A model generated the notes under the pieces. That model did no database searches and was not told the origin of the DNA. It was given only the letters and a program-made list of their open reading frames with translations. From an uncultured virus (IMG/VR IMGVR_UViG_3300037067_024288) (lineage: Duplodnaviria > Heunggongvirae > Uroviricota > Caudoviricetes): a DNA stretch of 64,000 nt. The position numbers were made by a program, and so were the translations under genes. Positions 61,463 through 64,000 of this stretch are shown in pieces (positions within the stretch are counted from its first letter, which is position 1; every line of letters begins with the position of its first letter). The stretch is taken from the IMG/VR virus record IMGVR_UViG_3300037067_024288. The stretch is one strand, 5' to 3'.

Positions 61463-61912
61463 ATGAAAACTTTATTAATTTCAATCCTGATTTTTATTTC
61501 ATTTGAAATATTCTCTCAAAGTTCATCATCTATAATAATTAGCCCTGAAGATGTCGGTATTGGTCCATTGGGTTCTTATAAATTTGGTAAATCAATTGTG
61601 TCAGCCGGGGTATCCTACGGAAATTATTATAATACTTCATTCTTACGCGATCATTGGAAAACATATACTTCCTATGGTTATTTTTTTGGGGATCATTCAT
61701 ACCTTTTAGTTGATATTCATTATAACCAGTTTAACATTATTAGGGAAGTTCCATCTTGGTTTAATGAAAAAGCACTAACCAAATGGACTTATTCAATAGG
61801 AGGGGGGATCATTCTTGATCAATTTCATTCTACACTTCAAGTTGATCTTATACAGCATATTGGAACGGTCAGTTTTGGCTATTATTTTGGCAGGGATTTA
61901 ATTTATAAATAA
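61463..61912 (+). CDS. Small outer-membrane beta-barrel-like protein
   Basis: Signal peptide, alternating aromatic strands, terminal FGYYF. Confidence 0.45.
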   Translation: MKTLLISILIFISFEIFSQSSSSIIISPEDVGIGPLGSYKFGKSIVSAGVSYGNYYNTSFLRDHWKTYTSYGYFFGDHSYLLVDIHYNQFNIIREVPSWFNEKALTKWTYSIGGGIILDQFHSTLQVDLIQHIGTVSFGYYFGRDLIYK

Positions 61913-62107
61913 CCGTGCATAAAACAGTTGTAGATTATGATTAAGAATGTATGTAAAAACGGGAAAAGCGAGTTGCATTTGTTAATTAATATTAATGAAA
62001 AATGAGTCTGCAACATCCATTAGTAGGAATAGCATTAACCTTACTTGTATTAGTAATTATAGGCTTTACAGAGCATAGAAAGGCTAAGAAACAAGCAAAA
62101 AAAATGA

Positions 62108-62482
62108 ATGATGGTAAATCAAAGAATAACTGATCTCAGGAAAGTTATTAATATCCCAAATCATTTTAATCCAGGCATATTAGGGATACTTATTTATGAA
62201 CCATATATGCGAAAACAATATTATATGGATTCATTGAAATACTTTACCAATATTGAGATTAAGCAAGCAATTGTTTTTACCGATAATCCTACAATAGCTA
62301 AAAAATATCTGTGTTACTCAATAATTGAATCTAATAATACAATTGATGAGTTTTTAAAGATTTGCATGTGTGAACATCTGATTATTGATAAGTCTCAATA
62401 TGCTTATTTAGCAGCTATTCTCAATCCAAATAAAGATAAAATTATTGTCCATCCGGGCGATATTGATTTAATAATCACTTAA
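62108..62482 (+). CDS. Degenerate GT11 C-terminal fragment
   Basis: VFTDN, CEHLII..S.YAY.AA.L. Confidence 0.55.
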   Translation: MMVNQRITDLRKVINIPNHFNPGILGILIYEPYMRKQYYMDSLKYFTNIEIKQAIVFTDNPTIAKKYLCYSIIESNNTIDEFLKICMCEHLIIDKSQYAYLAAILNPNKDKIIVHPGDIDLIIT

Positions 62483-62492
62483 ATTTTTAATT

Positions 62493-62759
62493 ATGACAAA
62501 AGCAGAATTAGTAGCTAGTATAGCTGCAAAAACAGGAAAAACAAAGATTGAAGCAGAACAATTTATTGAAGCATTTCAATCTGTAGTAAAAGAAAACATC
62601 AGTGCCGGGATTACCATTCGTGGTTTTGGTACATTTTTACTTAAAGATCGTGCCGCTAAACCTGCGAGAAATATCAAGACAGGAGAAACTATTCAAATTC
62701 CAGCTCATAAGGCTCCTCTGTTAAAATTCGCAAAGGAATTCAAAGAAGAAGTTCGATAA
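62493..62759 (+). CDS. hup: HU histone-like DNA-binding protein
   Basis: MTKAEL, GFGTF, RAAK.ARN.KTGE.IQIPA. Confidence 0.95.
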   Translation: MTKAELVASIAAKTGKTKIEAEQFIEAFQSVVKENISAGITIRGFGTFLLKDRAAKPARNIKTGETIQIPAHKAPLLKFAKEFKEEVR

Positions 62760-62792
62760 GTCGCGCCCTGTATTGGGTGTGTGGATTGAAAC
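62760..62792 (+). CRISPR. Solitary type I-C-like CRISPR repeat (no array)
   Basis: GTCGCGCCCTGTATTGGGTGTGTGGATTGAAAC: GTCGC start, internal hairpin, ATTGAAAC end. Confidence 0.75.
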
Positions 62793-62833
62793 GATAATAA
62801 GTAGGTAGATTGTTGTTGATTTTCCTTTTGTGA

Positions 62834-62864
62834 GGACCGGGGATTTACTTCCCGGTCTTTTTTA
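62834..62864 (+). terminator. Intrinsic terminator after HU and the solitary repeat
   Basis: gaccggg..cccggtc then T-run. Confidence 0.8.
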
Positions 62865-63104
62865 TTGCATAGGAAATTTCATATTCAATTATTTAGTTGA
62901 ATCGATTGAATGCAAAAAATTTGTAGTTCATCGTTCTATAAATCATACAATTACAAATTAATAAAAATATCAGAAATTGATCAGAAAAAGAACTATCTTT
63001 GAATCCTAATTGGTTATCAATCCAAACTACAACACCAAAAAGAAAAAGCCCCAAGACTTGTTTCTGCAAACAATCTGGGGCTTTTCGATTTAAACCTGTT
63101 AATA

Positions 63105-63986
63105 TTAATGATTATCGGGATTCTGGGCGTAGCTCTCTTTAATATCATTAATCCCTTCTTTTGATTCCTGTTTGATCCCAAATAATTCATCTACTGATAT
63201 CTCTGAATCCGCTATCTGATTTATGAGACTGATCATTTCAATAATATCAAATTTATTGAATAGAAAAATGTCCTTTTTGAAGTATTCAGAAATTTTCGTG
63301 TCTGAAATGCCATAGGATGCAAAAACTTGAATCAACTCATCTCGCTTAGAAATTAATTTTTCTGTTGTGCTTATGTCCCCAGTTAAAATATCCGATGCCG
63401 TTTTAAGAAGGGTATCGATTAAAGAGGCTGGAACAATAGAAAGAATGGCTTTTCGCGTAGCTTTAGCAGTGGCAAAATTTCCAGCTTCAATAATCATTTG
63501 ATCAAAACTTTTAGTCTTATCTGCATTGTAAATTGCCTGTACACCTTCCGATTTTATGATAAGCATTGACTCTAAATCTATGATTACGCAATCAGATGTT
63601 ATAAATTGTCTCCTTTGTTCTCTCACCCGACTTTCTATCCTGAGATTATGATATGACTGTGAAATTAATTTTGCCAGGTAAATAGTAGGGATCATTACCT
63701 TTTCATTACCTGGATCATTTATGATATAAAAACATTTTGAAGCCGTATTAATATCAATACCCGCTAGGCAATTATCAGTTACAACCTGTAAATTTCTGGG
63801 GTATTTCCGGGCCACGTCAACCGATGTCATCATTTGTAAACTTGCCTCTTGCTCTGGAATTAGTTTAGGAGGTAAACTTTTTACACTCTTTTTTATAGAG
63901 TCCCGTGTAAATTTCTTCATGTCTTGCATATCAATCGTATTTAGAAGGTTCATTTCAACACTCAACAAAACCATACTATTTACCAA
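63105..63986 (-). CDS. Phage hypothetical protein
   Basis: Long ORF; A.KYPRN, RKAIL..VP. Confidence 0.5.
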   Translation of the reverse strand: MVNSMVLLSVEMNLLNTIDMQDMKKFTRDSIKKSVKSLPPKLIPEQEASLQMMTSVDVARKYPRNLQVVTDNCLAGIDINTASKCFYIINDPGNEKVMIPTIYLAKLISQSYHNLRIESRVREQRRQFITSDCVIIDLESMLIIKSEGVQAIYNADKTKSFDQMIIEAGNFATAKATRKAILSIVPASLIDTLLKTASDILTGDISTTEKLISKRDELIQVFASYGISDTKISEYFKKDIFLFNKFDIIEMISLINQIADSEISVDELFGIKQESKEGINDIKESYAQNPDNH

Positions 63987-64000
63987 TACCCTCAGCTTTT

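Noticed and set aside
62760..62900. CRISPR mini-array
   Set aside because: No second repeat seen at spacer distance on either side.

Overview
AT-rich segment of a large virus genome (or provirus), very probably infecting Bacteroidota: TAnnTTTG promoter boxes recur and there are no host housekeeping operons. No terminase, portal, HK97 capsid or tail genes are recognisable. Instead there is a ~14.7-28.8 kb minus-strand module of many small membrane-anchored proteins with a candidate jelly-roll capsid protein and an HEXXH protease, plus an A32/FtsK-like packaging ATPase, which points to a large tailless, membrane-containing virus. The most striking structure is an integron-like array (29.1-35.9 kb): five gene cassettes bounded by GTT...AAC inverted ends, separated by 120-175 bp attC-like hairpins, and abutting a tyrosine recombinase that lacks the IntI-specific insertion. 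Also present: an IscB and a TnpB element sharing the same ends and TTCAT target motif, a circularly permuted (two-piece) tmRNA, tRNA-Met, a nested tRNA-like RNA, a solitary type I-C-like CRISPR repeat, two PBECR RNases each with a convergent small transcript, split DarB-like polyvalent proteins, a lysis module and a ~9 kb glycosylation cluster. All calls come from reading motifs by eye; no database searches were run.
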